From the IMG/VR virus record IMGVR_UViG_3300027782_000038: 64,000 nucleotides of DNA; one strand, written 5' to 3'. The translations under genes were made by a program, and so were the position numbers. Below, one piece after another: positions 38,872 through 49,245 of the stretch. The first letter of the stretch is position 1; every line of letters begins with the position of its first letter. The stretch comes from a virus. The notes beneath the pieces are model-generated. The model made no database searches. It was not told where the DNA came from and was given only the letters and a program-made list of their open reading frames with translations.

Positions 38872-39895
38872 ATGAATAAGTTTTCTGATGGTTTTCCTAC
38901 TTCTGATGATCGTGATGAAATCGAAGAATTGATGATTAACCATGTTATTGAAGGCTTGGATATGTCCTCGTTAGTACAGTTTGCTCGTGAGGCCTTGTAC
39001 AAAGCGTATGCCGATTACACGGACAACGATTTGTTAGAGGAAGTTGAACGATTTGCACCACACCTTTTAGAAGAATATGATGATTTGGAAGATGAGGAAG
39101 AAACAGAATCGTCCATGATGGATGAGTATATCGACCAACACCGATCTAACAAGGAAGGATTATGAATTTAAAACCCTATTATACTGAAACAAAACCTTCC
39201 ATTGTTTATGGTCGTGCTATTCAAGAGGTATCACTTTACAAGAATATCCCGATCAGTGAGTTGGACAAGGTGAGGGCATTTCTTAAAAGTAAAGGAATTA
39301 CCGTTCGTATTCGGTATCGTGGTCCACGTAATGAATTTAGTGATATTCGACCAAAGCACCGCCGTATGCAAGATTGTTTGAAACAGTTTGCTAACCGTTT
39401 TTCTGTTTACTTGAGGTAATTATGACTGATGCTCAATATGATCGTCAAAAGTGTATCGAAGAATTGGTAAATGATGATCTTGTCAATAATGAACACGGTG
39501 ATTTTCTCAAACACCTTCTTATTGTAGGTTTCAAAGGTTACGTTAGTTTTACCGATGAAGAAATTATGGCAGAATTAGAAGATCGTGATATTTCGTATTT
39601 GTTTGGTGATGACGATTATGAATATGATGGTCAACCAGACGAAGCCCAAGAATGGCATGATTTTGATCCGGACGCTTAAATTATGAATAAATTGACTGAT
39701 TGGTTTTCTGAGAATGTTAATCCTGTCCATGTTGGAGTTTATCAGGTAAACCGTGACAAGCAGGGAATCTGGTTCCGACATTGGAACGGTTCTTACTGGT
39801 CGCTTTGTGCAGAGAAACCTGCATATGCCGAAGCGGCAAGGACTGTGAAATCACCGGCACCTGCCTTTCCGTGGCGGGGAATTGCTAAGGGTTAG
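38872..39895 (+). other. Four small hypothetical genes (38872, 39162, 39422, 39683)
   Basis: Contiguous ORFs; 38872 and 39422 look paralogous. Confidence 0.6.
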
Positions 39896-39911
39896 TATCC
39901 ACTCACTACGG

Positions 39912-39988
39912 TGTTGTTCCTATACAACACCATTATACAAAAGTCTTGCCTACCAGCAGGATTCCTGTATAATGGTATCTGTTGAGTC
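39912..39988 (+). promoter_or_regulatory. Early promoter with upstream palindrome
   Basis: TGTTGTTCCTATACAACA 39912-39929; TTGCCT 39946; TATAAT 39968. Confidence 0.8.
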
Positions 39989-40007
39989 AAAATTATTGGA
40001 GTTTTGC

Positions 40008-40877
40008 ATGAGCGAAATCAAATTTGTTAGCGGTAAATATCAGGCGATGGTTAACGGCAAAATCGTTAAACGTACCAAACTGGCACACCTTGAGTATGTT
40101 CTACGCAAGTCTATTGAAGAAACCAATCCTGTAACGACCTTTGCTACACAACCGTCTAAATTCACAATCAATCAACGATTTGAGTTTGTTCGTAAGTTGG
40201 TGAATATGGTCTCTAAAGAGATTCAGGTTTCTGCTATCATCACCGGCAAAGGCGGTCTAGGTAAATCTTACACCGTCACCAAGACTTTGTTAGATGCCGG
40301 TTTCAAAGATATTTCAGACAAAGAAGATTTTCAGTCATTCAATGGTCAGAAGGTTTTTCGTGTAATGAAAGGTTTTTCAACAGCACGAGCATTCTATAAA
40401 AACCTGTATACTAATAATAATGCCATTTTGATCTGTGACGATATGGATTCCATCCAACGTGACAAAGATGCTGTTGGTATTATGAAAGCTGCACTAGATT
40501 CAAACAATCGCCGTATTGTGACTTGGGGTGCAGATAACAAGAATGAGGATATTCCAAATTCTTTCATTTACACAGGTCGTATCATTTTCATTAGTAACAT
40601 GACGCCAGATTCTATTGACCAAGCAATTCGCTCACGTTCAATGATGATTGATTTGTCGATGACTAAAGATGAAATGATTGATCGTATGGAGTTTATTTCA
40701 AAAGAAAAAGACTTTATGCCTGATTTTGATACCAAACATAAAGCTGATGCTATTGGTTTTATGCGTAAGATCAAAGATAGTGCAAATGATCTTTCATTGC
40801 GTTCATTGATTTCTATCGTTAAGGTTCGTGCAGCAAACAAAGATTGGGAAGATATGGCCGAGTATATTATGAATTGA
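40008..40877 (+). CDS. AAA+ family P-loop ATPase
   Basis: GKGGLGKS Walker A, ICDDMD Walker B, IFISN, AIRSRS. Confidence 0.85.
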   Translation: MSEIKFVSGKYQAMVNGKIVKRTKLAHLEYVLRKSIEETNPVTTFATQPSKFTINQRFEFVRKLVNMVSKEIQVSAIITGKGGLGKSYTVTKTLLDAGFKDISDKEDFQSFNGQKVFRVMKGFSTARAFYKNLYTNNNAILICDDMDSIQRDKDAVGIMKAALDSNNRRIVTWGADNKNEDIPNSFIYTGRIIFISNMTPDSIDQAIRSRSMMIDLSMTKDEMIDRMEFISKEKDFMPDFDTKHKADAIGFMRKIKDSANDLSLRSLISIVKVRAANKDWEDMAEYIMN

Positions 40878-41421
40878 TTTTAACGCATCTATTTCGGTGC
40901 CACCTGTTATAATTGGATAATCCTTTACCCGATTTACCACAATGACAGGTCCATTCAAACTTAGATGGGTGCGTTCCATTCTTCATTCTTTCTTTAGTGG
41001 AGTTTATTAAGTTTTTAGTACCATGAAATTCATCACCTTTTGACAATGCAAGGTGTTTCATAAACTGACTTCTTTCTAAATTAGATTCAAGTGAATGGTG
41101 TTTACCATACATACCATTTTTTTCACCAACGACTTTTCTTTTTTCAATCCATTCACTTGTTTGTTTTTTACCTTTACCTTTTAAACCACCTTTTCTACCA
41201 CCCTTTTTACCTGCAAGTGAACAAACCTCTTTTATGATTTCTTCTTTTGATAACATACCAGACAAACATTGCCAAGCTAGTTTATCTTCAGGTCTATTGT
41301 ATTGTTCAAAAAGAATACGATGTGCTTCTGCGTGTTCAGTAATAGTTAACTCTATCAAATTCGATGCGTCATCAGATCCACCTGCGTGTCTTGGTATTAT
41401 GTGATGTTTATGCTTTATCAT
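40867..41421 (-). mobile_element. Free-standing HNH homing endonuclease with NUMOD3-like repeats
   Basis: HHIIPRHAGG.D...NL.ELT..EH.EAH; NGMYGKHHS.E; late promoter TATAAATA at 41452-41445. Confidence 0.85.
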
Positions 41422-41486
41422 GTTGAAATCTCCTTATTATTATTTATTTATAATTATCGAACTTTGTATGACAACTGGGAGTTAGT

Positions 41487-43110
41487 ATGAGAATCCACAA
41501 ACGCAGGTACTTGAATGCCTTGAAAAAGGCAGCCAAGATCAACCGATACCTCAAGAAAGGTTATCATGTGTTTTACGGTGGTGATCGGATTGATAAAGGT
41601 TTTGTATTAGAAGATAATCAACAAATAGTATTAAAACTATCTGATAATTTTTCTGTGATATTTTACGAAAACAGTCCCGATTGGGACCACGGATATTGGA
41701 CAAGTATCAAGAAATACAACGAAGAATTTTCAGAATATTTTGAAGTGTATAAACCATCAGCAAGGATTGAATTATGAACGAAATAATCGAGAGGTTGGCT
41801 AAAGATCATTTACTACACGAAAAGTACAATAGTGACGGTGATGTTATTGAAGGTGATTACTATGAATTCGATAAGCAAGAGTTGTTAAAATTCGTGGAAT
41901 CTATCGTTGATGAATGTATTGACCATGCTGCCGCTGAAGAGCATGATCAGATTTATTACTTGTCTAACCATTTTGGATTTAAATGATGAACGAAAAACAA
42001 ATTGATATTAATAAAATGTTTACCTATCTGGAACAAGCAGAATCACTTGTTGATTCAGTATATCATTATGCCATAGAAACAGGCAACAGCGAATTGCAGG
42101 AACTTATGCATATGGCCGGTACTGCGTGTAATGATGGTCGAAATATGTTACCAAAACCTGGTATGTCGAAAGATGAAATCATGAGTAAATTGGATTTGGC
42201 ACAACAATTGCTATCTGATGTTTACCATGATGCCTGTGAAAAAGGTAATTCAGAAATTGAATCTCAAATGTCTTGTGCCGATTCTTGTATCGGTGAAGCA
42301 ATGGATAGATTGGAGAAAGAATGAGTTTTATGCAAGAAGCAGTCCGTGAGTGGACGTGGAATGTAGGCCAAGATCGAGCAGACCAACAATGGATTCTTTC
42401 CGATTATGATACATGGGAACGTAATCCACATTATACTGGTCCCGATCAAGGTCATCCTGAAGATGAACCTTATGAGGATGAAGAATGAATGAAAGATTGA
42501 AAAAGTTGGCTGAGCAAGCTGGTTACTTTATTAAGTTTGAAAGAACTGGAGATAATGTTACTGTGGTTTATACAAAGGAACCAGGTACTGATGGTGACCT
42601 TGCGTTATTCACCGAGTTGATTGTGAAAGAATGTGTCAAGGCATTATGGACTGAAGATTGTAATGTTAGCGATCTAGCAATAATTGATTTTAACGAAAAG
42701 AAACGTAAAATTTACGAACATATGGGAGTAGAATAATGGGTACCAGAAGCCTAACGTATGTGTATGACAAGGAAATGTCAGATTTGCCATTTATGTGTAT
42801 GTACCGCCATTATGATGGTTATCCATCCGGTCACGGTGCAGAGTTGGCCAAGTTTTTAAAGGATGCCGATCACAACGGAATCCCTTGTTTGGCGGCATCA
42901 ATGGTTGCTCACTTTAAAACTGGTCCTTACAATATCTACCTTTATCCACCTGATCTTGACCAAGATTGTTGGCAAGATTATGAATATCATGTTTATAACG
43001 GATATGTGAAAGTTACCAAGATTCGACAAGAGAAAGTTTTATTCCATGGTACATGGGAAGAATTTACCGAATTCTGTAAAGCGGATGAAACGGAAGAATC
43101 CGTGGAGTGA
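41487..43110 (+). other. Small hypothetical genes (41487, 41774, 41983, 42321-42488, 42485, 42736)
   Basis: Overlapping ORFs; 42736 carries the conserved Y.HYDGYP motif; 41774 and 42485 belong to the MNER family. Confidence 0.6.
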
Positions 43111-43187
43111 TGTTGCCAAAATACAACACCACGCAAAATAGTTGTTGACATTCTCTACCAAACCTGTATAATGGTATCTGTTGAGTC
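43111..43187 (+). promoter_or_regulatory. Early promoter with upstream palindrome
   Basis: TGTTGCCAAAATACAACA 43111-43128; TTGACA 43145; TATAAT 43167. Confidence 0.85.
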
Positions 43188-43201
43188 AATCAGGAGATTT
43201 T

Positions 43202-43459
43202 ATGTTGAAAGTAAATATCGGTGATGTTATTCGTTCCTACGATTTCAAACCAATGGTTGGTCGTGAGGATTGTTTTGTTGAAGGTATTGTAGAACGTGAA
43301 ACAAACGAAAATGGTTACAATGCCTTCAAGATTACGGTAATCAAGGATTCGTGGTCTGATTCGGAAGATAAAGGCCGAGTCGGCAAGATTGTTTATGTAC
43401 CTGTGAAAGTTAGTTACAATGATTATCCAGGTCGTGTTATTAATTTATCAAGGATTTGA
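43202..43459 (+). CDS. Hypothetical protein (SH3-like beta fold possible)
   Basis: AGGAG SD; IGDVIRSYDF. Confidence 0.6.
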   Translation: MLKVNIGDVIRSYDFKPMVGREDCFVEGIVERETNENGYNAFKITVIKDSWSDSEDKGRVGKIVYVPVKVSYNDYPGRVINLSRI

Positions 43460-43461
43460 TT

Positions 43462-43611
43462 ATGGGTAAAATGAAAGAGTTGTATCAGGATATTGTTGAT
43501 TTGTTAGATGATTCGGAAAATACTCCGTTGATTATTGCTAATAAATTGAATGTGCCTGTTGAAATGGTTTTAGATGTTATGTCAACTTTAGAGAATGAAT
43601 ATTATGAATAA
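43462..43611 (+). CDS. 49-aa HTH-like protein (not in ORF track)
   Basis: TPLIIANKLNVPVEMV pattern; AAGGA SD. Confidence 0.5.
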   Translation: MGKMKELYQDIVDLLDDSENTPLIIANKLNVPVEMVLDVMSTLENEYYE

Positions 43612-44779
43612 AAATGCAAAGTTGTTTGTTGATGCGGCCGAAGCAATCTTTGGTGTCGGTGCAATTCTGACCCGTGATGGTGTTAATCACGTTGTATCCG
43701 AATCAGGCGCCCCCTATCCGTTCTGGCTTGTCACTAAAGCCGAACATCGTGCAGGTCGTGGACAGTATAAACTGCCTACTTCCGGCGTCTCCAAAACGTC
43801 TCCAACGCCCGTTGAGTCCGTGTTAACTACTAACGAACAAGAACCTATGACCGTTGACCTTACATCACAGGTATTATCGTTCCGTCAACCTAAACTGATT
43901 GATGAATCTGACTCTGCTGTGCCTGCTGTTTTCCCTGATTATGTGCCATTTGGTTTCTACAAGGATTTGGTTAACATTATCAGTTCTAAGGCATACTATC
44001 CTGTGTTTGTTACCGGTTTATCTGGTAACGGCAAGACCTTGATGGTTGAGCAAGTATGTGCCAAACTTAAACGTGAATGTATCCGTGTTAACATTTCCAT
44101 TGAAACCGATGAATCTGATCTACTCGGTGGTCCCACTCTGGTCAATGGTAACGTGGTCAATCGTGATGGTCCTGTTATTCAGGCAATGAAGAAAGGCGCA
44201 GTATTGCTGATTGATGAAGTTGATCGTGGTTCAAATAAGTTAATGTGTCTACAAGGCATCCTAGAAGGCAAACCATATTACAACAAGAAAAACGGCGAAA
44301 TGGTATTTCCCGCTGAAGGTTTTAATGTGGTTGCCACGGCTAACACTAAAGGACGTGGATCTGATGAAGGCAAATACTTATCGCAAATTCTTGACGATGC
44401 GTTTCTCGAACGTTTTCCGATTACAGTTGAACAGGAATATCCTGATACTAAGACAGAGAAAAAGATCCTTACTCCCCTGATTGAAGATAAAGAATTTGTT
44501 GAGAATCTTATTCAATGGGCAGATGTGGTTCGGCAATCTTACTTTCAAGGTGCAACCGATGAGATTATCTCCACTCGCCGTTTGGTACACATTGCAAAAG
44601 CATATGGTATCTTCAAAGATCGTAAGAAAGCAATTGAGTTGTGTGTGAATCGTTTTGATACCGAAACTAAACTGGCATTCCTTGATTTGTACAGTAAAGT
44701 GGACGGTTCAATCAATCCGGTTGATCCAATTGCAGTGGCTGCCATGGAAGTCTTGAAGAATGAAGAAGTACCATTCTAA
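43604..44779 (+). CDS. cobS: CobS/MoxR-like AAA+ ATPase
   Basis: GLSGNGKT, LLIDEVD, ATANTKG.G, AFLERF, ISTRRL. Confidence 0.88.
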   Translation: MNKNAKLFVDAAEAIFGVGAILTRDGVNHVVSESGAPYPFWLVTKAEHRAGRGQYKLPTSGVSKTSPTPVESVLTTNEQEPMTVDLTSQVLSFRQPKLIDESDSAVPAVFPDYVPFGFYKDLVNIISSKAYYPVFVTGLSGNGKTLMVEQVCAKLKRECIRVNISIETDESDLLGGPTLVNGNVVNRDGPVIQAMKKGAVLLIDEVDRGSNKLMCLQGILEGKPYYNKKNGEMVFPAEGFNVVATANTKGRGSDEGKYLSQILDDAFLERFPITVEQEYPDTKTEKKILTPLIEDKEFVENLIQWADVVRQSYFQGATDEIISTRRLVHIAKAYGIFKDRKKAIELCVNRFDTETKLAFLDLYSKVDGSINPVDPIAVAAMEVLKNEEVPF

Positions 44780-44887
44780 GTCTGGTATATTTGAATACGG
44801 ATGGTTGCCAAGGGGTCTACCATCCATTATAATGAGTATGTAGCCCCTTAGATTTACATTATATTAACTTGATTAGGAAATTATATT

Positions 44888-45247
44888 ATGATTCGTACTG
44901 GAAAACAAAATCGCCATGAGAAAATCACCGTAACATTGCTGTCTGGCAAACCTGTTACACCTGCTGAGATTGCTGACGTATTCAAAGGCACAGACCAAGA
45001 AGCTGTATTGTATCGACTATCAACCAATATCTATAATATTCGGTTAGATGGCGGTGTTATCAAAGTACACAAGTCTGGTCGTTCCGTGACTGCCTACCAA
45101 TTGATGAACCCACAAGACTTTGATACTACTGGTCGTTACAATCGGGCTGTATATCAGAATACCAAACCTATTGTAGTTCAAACACCTGTTGTTAAGTCTG
45201 TAGAACCTGTGGTTGAAACAGTAGAATCTGAAGTATTAACTGCCTAA
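44888..45247 (+). CDS. Putative winged-helix DNA-binding protein
   Basis: VTPAEI...LSTNIYNIR..G.VI......AYQL pattern; own promoter (TTGCCA...TATAAT) near 44805-44833. Confidence 0.55.
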   Translation: MIRTGKQNRHEKITVTLLSGKPVTPAEIADVFKGTDQEAVLYRLSTNIYNIRLDGGVIKVHKSGRSVTAYQLMNPQDFDTTGRYNRAVYQNTKPIVVQTPVVKSVEPVVETVESEVLTA

Positions 45248-45253
45248 CATTAA

Positions 45254-45357
45254 GTGGGTTGAAATATACCCACCATATTGAAGTACATTTCAGGTAGGCT
45301 AGCCAACATTCTGTTTTATCGAACAGGATCAGGAGTGTACTTCAATATGTTTTTTTA
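45254..45357 (+). ncRNA. Structured intergenic element (long stem ending in a U-tract)
   Basis: GTGGGT/ACCCAC hairpin; perfect 14-bp CATATTGAAGTACA/TGTACTTCAATATG stem followed by a T-run. Confidence 0.4.
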
Positions 45358-45372
45358 CCGTGAGGAGTTATT

Positions 45373-45690
45373 ATGTTATCATTTACAGAAACAAAACCTG
45401 GTTTATTCCCTGATCAGGAAGAAAAGGATCAATTTAAAGATATCTTACGCAACTATGTGGTTGATGTTACATTCACCAAGAAAGATGGTACAGAGCGTAA
45501 GATGAAATGTACACTCAAAGAAGATATTATACCACAAAAAGTTACATCCGAAAGTATTGTACAAGTTAAAGTTAACCGTACATTTTCAGATGATGCTTTG
45601 CCTGTGTATGATATTGAATCCAATGGTTGGCGTTCATTTCGTTGGGATTCGGTTACATCAATCGAGTGGTCATTAGGAGAAGATGAATGA
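45373..45690 (+). CDS. WYL-like/SH3-fold protein (DUF2693, T4 gp61.1-like)
   Basis: VTFTKKDGTER.M.CTL, VYDIE..GWRSFRWD. Confidence 0.8.
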   Translation: MLSFTETKPGLFPDQEEKDQFKDILRNYVVDVTFTKKDGTERKMKCTLKEDIIPQKVTSESIVQVKVNRTFSDDALPVYDIESNGWRSFRWDSVTSIEWSLGEDE

Positions 45691-46029
45691 AAGTTAACTT
45701 AACCGGTTTCGTTTGGTTATCATTCTGTGCCTGTGTTGGTTATCTTATTACTAATTCATTGTATGGTACAATTGCAGGTTTGACCGTTGGTCTTTTTCTA
45801 ACTTTACTTGCTGAGATTTTTCTATGAAATATCCATTTAGTTCGATTAAAGATTGGTTAGTTCTATCGGCAATGTTCATTGCTGAAATGGGAACTCTCGC
45901 TGCATTTATTTTTATTGGTGTGAGTGTGTTATCATGAAAATTGTTTTTACATTACTCACCTTGTTTATCATTATATTACCTTTTAGTTTTTTTATATGGG
46001 CAGTTAATGCATTCAATGGAAGTATGTGA
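45687..46029 (+). CDS. Three ATGA-coupled membrane micropeptides (45687-45827, 45824-45937, 45934-46029)
   Basis: 46, 37 and 31 aa, each strongly hydrophobic; below the ORF track cutoff. Confidence 0.55.
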
Positions 46030-46280
46030 TGACTACAGAAGAAATTGTTAATCTAATTGCTGATCTTGCCAAAGAAGTTGACTTGGAAGATCCCATTGAT
46101 TTTGGAATGTTGTTAGTTGATGAAGATACATTATGGAAAATGATGGCATCAAATGTATTAGAACTTATGCGTGTTGATGGTATCAATGAAAAGATGGTGA
46201 TGATGGCAACGATTACTAAGTTGTTGGTTGAAAACTTTGTGCTTCATGCACAGATGATGAAGATTCTACAAGACCGGTGA
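46026..46280 (+). CDS. Hypothetical protein
   Basis: EDPIDFG.L, ATITKLLVENF. Confidence 0.6.
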   Translation: MMTTEEIVNLIADLAKEVDLEDPIDFGMLLVDEDTLWKMMASNVLELMRVDGINEKMVMMATITKLLVENFVLHAQMMKILQDR

Positions 46281-46290
46281 AGGAAAATAA

Positions 46291-46863
46291 ATGTTTGTTT
46301 TTGATGTGGAAACTTTAGGTAAAGAATCGAATGCTGTAATTTTATCAATGGCGTGTGTCCATTTTTCAGATGAAACTAAATCATCATTTCAATACATGAA
46401 AGATACATCATTCTTTGTTAAATTCGATGCCATAGATCAACGTAAAAGATTGAAACGTACATTCACCATGTCATCATTAGAATGGTGGAAGAAACAATGT
46501 CTGAATGTTAGAATCAAATCATTTAAACCTGCACCTGATGATGTAAAGTTGGAAGATGGTATTGAATTGATGAGGTCTTGGGCTAGTCAATTCAGAGAAT
46601 CTAAATCGTGGGTATTTGCCCGTGGTAATCTAGATCAATTGGTATTAGATTCGGTTGAAGAACAATTAGGTATTGAACCTGTATTTCATTTTGCACGTTG
46701 GCGAGATATAAGAACGGCTATTGATTTTATGTACAACACAACCACCGGTTATTGTAATGTAAATTATCCGGGGTTTGATTCTTTTTTAAACATTACTAAA
46801 CATGATCCCGTTGATGATTGTTTACTTGATGCGATGATGTTATTACATGGAGATGGAAAATGA
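46291..46863 (+). CDS. DnaQ/DEDDh 3'-5' exonuclease (DexA-like)
   Basis: FDVETLG, RDIRT, H.P.DD. Confidence 0.8.
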   Translation: MFVFDVETLGKESNAVILSMACVHFSDETKSSFQYMKDTSFFVKFDAIDQRKRLKRTFTMSSLEWWKKQCLNVRIKSFKPAPDDVKLEDGIELMRSWASQFRESKSWVFARGNLDQLVLDSVEEQLGIEPVFHFARWRDIRTAIDFMYNTTTGYCNVNYPGFDSFLNITKHDPVDDCLLDAMMLLHGDGK

Positions 46864-49160
46864 GTGCGTGGTTGATTATTGTTACTGGTTTGATTTATGG
46901 TTACATTGCTGTTGAGCAAGGACTCAAAGGTAATCTTGCAATGTTCATTATCTATTCCGGTTACGCTTCCTCTAACATTGGTCTTTATATGATGGCGGTA
47001 AAATGAAAATACCTTATGAAGTGGCAGATGCTATTACGTTGAAAACTTTGAAATGGCAACGTAAGTATCTAAAGAAAGAATTGAAACATTTTAAAGAAGA
47101 TCCACGAACAGATGAAAATCCAGATGGTTATTGGATGCATCCTGAAGATGTGGGTAAAAATGCCAGAATGATTGTTACATTAACTGAAGTTATTAAATAT
47201 TTTGGAGGTGAGTGAATGAAACACAAACACTACGACATGATCGTTGCGTGGGCGGAAGGTAAACAGATTCAAGTTAAAGCTTTTAATTTGACATGGGACG
47301 ATAGAGAAAAACCCCTTTGGTGTTTAAACAGGGAGTACCGCATCAAGCCTGATCCAAAGCCTGATGTTGTGCGAAATATTATTATTGAAGCAACGTATTC
47401 GGATTCTGTGGATTTTGTGCAAGTATATGTGTCAAAATATCTACCATCCAATTTACGCCTGACTTTTGATGGCGAAACAGGTAAACTTAAAAAGGCAGAA
47501 GTATTATGAATTTATATGTCGGTAATTACTGGTGTCCGTTTCCTCGTTCAGAATACGGTGGTGTATGGATTGTTGTGGCTGAAAATGGAGAACAAGTTTG
47601 TCAGATGTTGTTAAAAGAACAAGGCGATTATAATGGAGAATATGATGATCGTATTCCGGGTGCCGTGTTAAAAGCTGAAGTGTTTCCTCTTGATACATCT
47701 AAAATGTTACTCAAGAATCCTCGAATTGTTGATACCTTTTTCACATAGGATTTATTATGAACTATATTGCCAAACCAAACCTGTTTAACTTTGAACACTC
47801 TAAGACTTTTAAAGATGCCAAGAGTGCCATTGTGTATCTGAATAACCGATTGTCTGACAAAGGCGTACCTGAGCATTTAGATTATATGTTTGTTGCACCT
47901 AAAGTATCAGATAAACAATTAAGATTTGCTATTGAAGAATACTGTGGTATTGGTAAATTAATTATTGAGGAATAATATGAAAGTTGTGATTAATACTGAT
48001 TGGGGTGGGTTCGGTTTATCTGATGACGCAATTCGCCGTTATGCCGAACTCAAAGGCATTACTTTGGTAGAAGAAACCAATGAATATGGAATTACTTTCT
48101 ATGTTGATCAAATAAACGATGAAAGTTATTTTGAGGCTCATGATTTTGATCGTACTGATCCTGCTCTGATTCAAGTGGTGGAAGAAATGGGTGATGCTTC
48201 ATTTGGATGGGCTGCCAAACTAAAGATCGTAGAAATTCCTGATGGTGTGGATTGGTATGTTTCCGACTATGATGGTGTTGAACACATTGCAGAACGACAT
48301 AGGACATGGCATTGATATGAACGAACGAATTAAAGAATTGGCCGAACAGGCTGGGATACCAACTTACTATCCAGCAGGCATTGCAGAAAGACTGGAAAAG
48401 TTCGCCGAGTTGATTGTGAGGAAATGTATTGACTCAACCCTGAGCCTACATGATACTGCGATTGATAATCAGTGGAATTTGGATGAAACATTTCATGTGA
48501 TTGTTGATACGATTGTAGAAGATTTAGATATGCAACACATTTTTCGGAGTTGAAGAATGAAATTCAGAAAGAAACCTGTAGTGATTGAATCAATACAATG
48601 GTTTAAGAACGGTGACCATCCTAACGTAGTGCCTGATCCGGTTGGACACCCTTACGATAGTTATTATGGAATTCATACGTTAGAGGGATTTATGCGAGTT
48701 ACCCCTGGAGATTGGATTATTACAGGTGTACATGGCGAACATTACCCATGTAAACCTGATATTTTTGAATTAACTTACGAAAAGGTAGAATAATGTTTAT
48801 CTACACAGTAAACGACATAATCGGTGCAATTTTTTTAGGGTTGATGTTATTGCTTGGTTTGTTTATTTTAGTTTTGTCTGTTATTGACAAAGTGAAACGT
48901 AAATTTAGGAGTAAGAAATGAACGCTGGATATATTCGCAAATTGGTATCTGATGATCTAAGGGAAACTCTGTTTTTCTGTGGTCTAATTAAGGATTGGCA
49001 TTGTAAAACCAGAGAAACCGATAGCAAGAATAAGACTCGGTATCGTATGGAAACGACCATAGGAGACATATTCGTATACGGACCTAGGCAGATATACTTT
49101 AAGGATCAGAAGTTCTCCTCCCTCGATTCCATGCGTCAGGAACTAGGAAGATACTTGTAA
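46860..49160 (+). other. Small hypothetical genes (46860-47006 membrane, 47003, 47216, 47506, 47757, 47965, 48317 MNER family, 48557 PGDYG-like, 48918)
   Basis: Overlapping ORFs; 48557 has TLEG.M...PGDWII.GV.GE.YPCKPDIF. Confidence 0.6.
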
Positions 49161-49163
49161 AAG

Positions 49164-49216
49164 TGTTGTTTTTATACAACAAAATGGTTGACCTGGATCT
49201 GGATGTATGTTATAAT
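49164..49216 (+). promoter_or_regulatory. Early promoter with upstream palindrome
   Basis: TGTTGTTTTTATACAACA 49164-49181; TTGACC 49188; 17 bp; TATAAT 49211. Confidence 0.8.
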
Positions 49217-49245
49217 AAGATATAGATTAATTATAGGAAAATATT

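Noticed and set aside
43604-44779. Cobalamin biosynthesis auxiliary pathway
   Set aside because: Only a MoxR-type ATPase and a VWA protein are present; no cobN or other cob genes in the window
45278-45505. 75-aa ORF
   Set aside because: TTG start inside a structured intergenic stem and overlaps the well-supported 45373 gene
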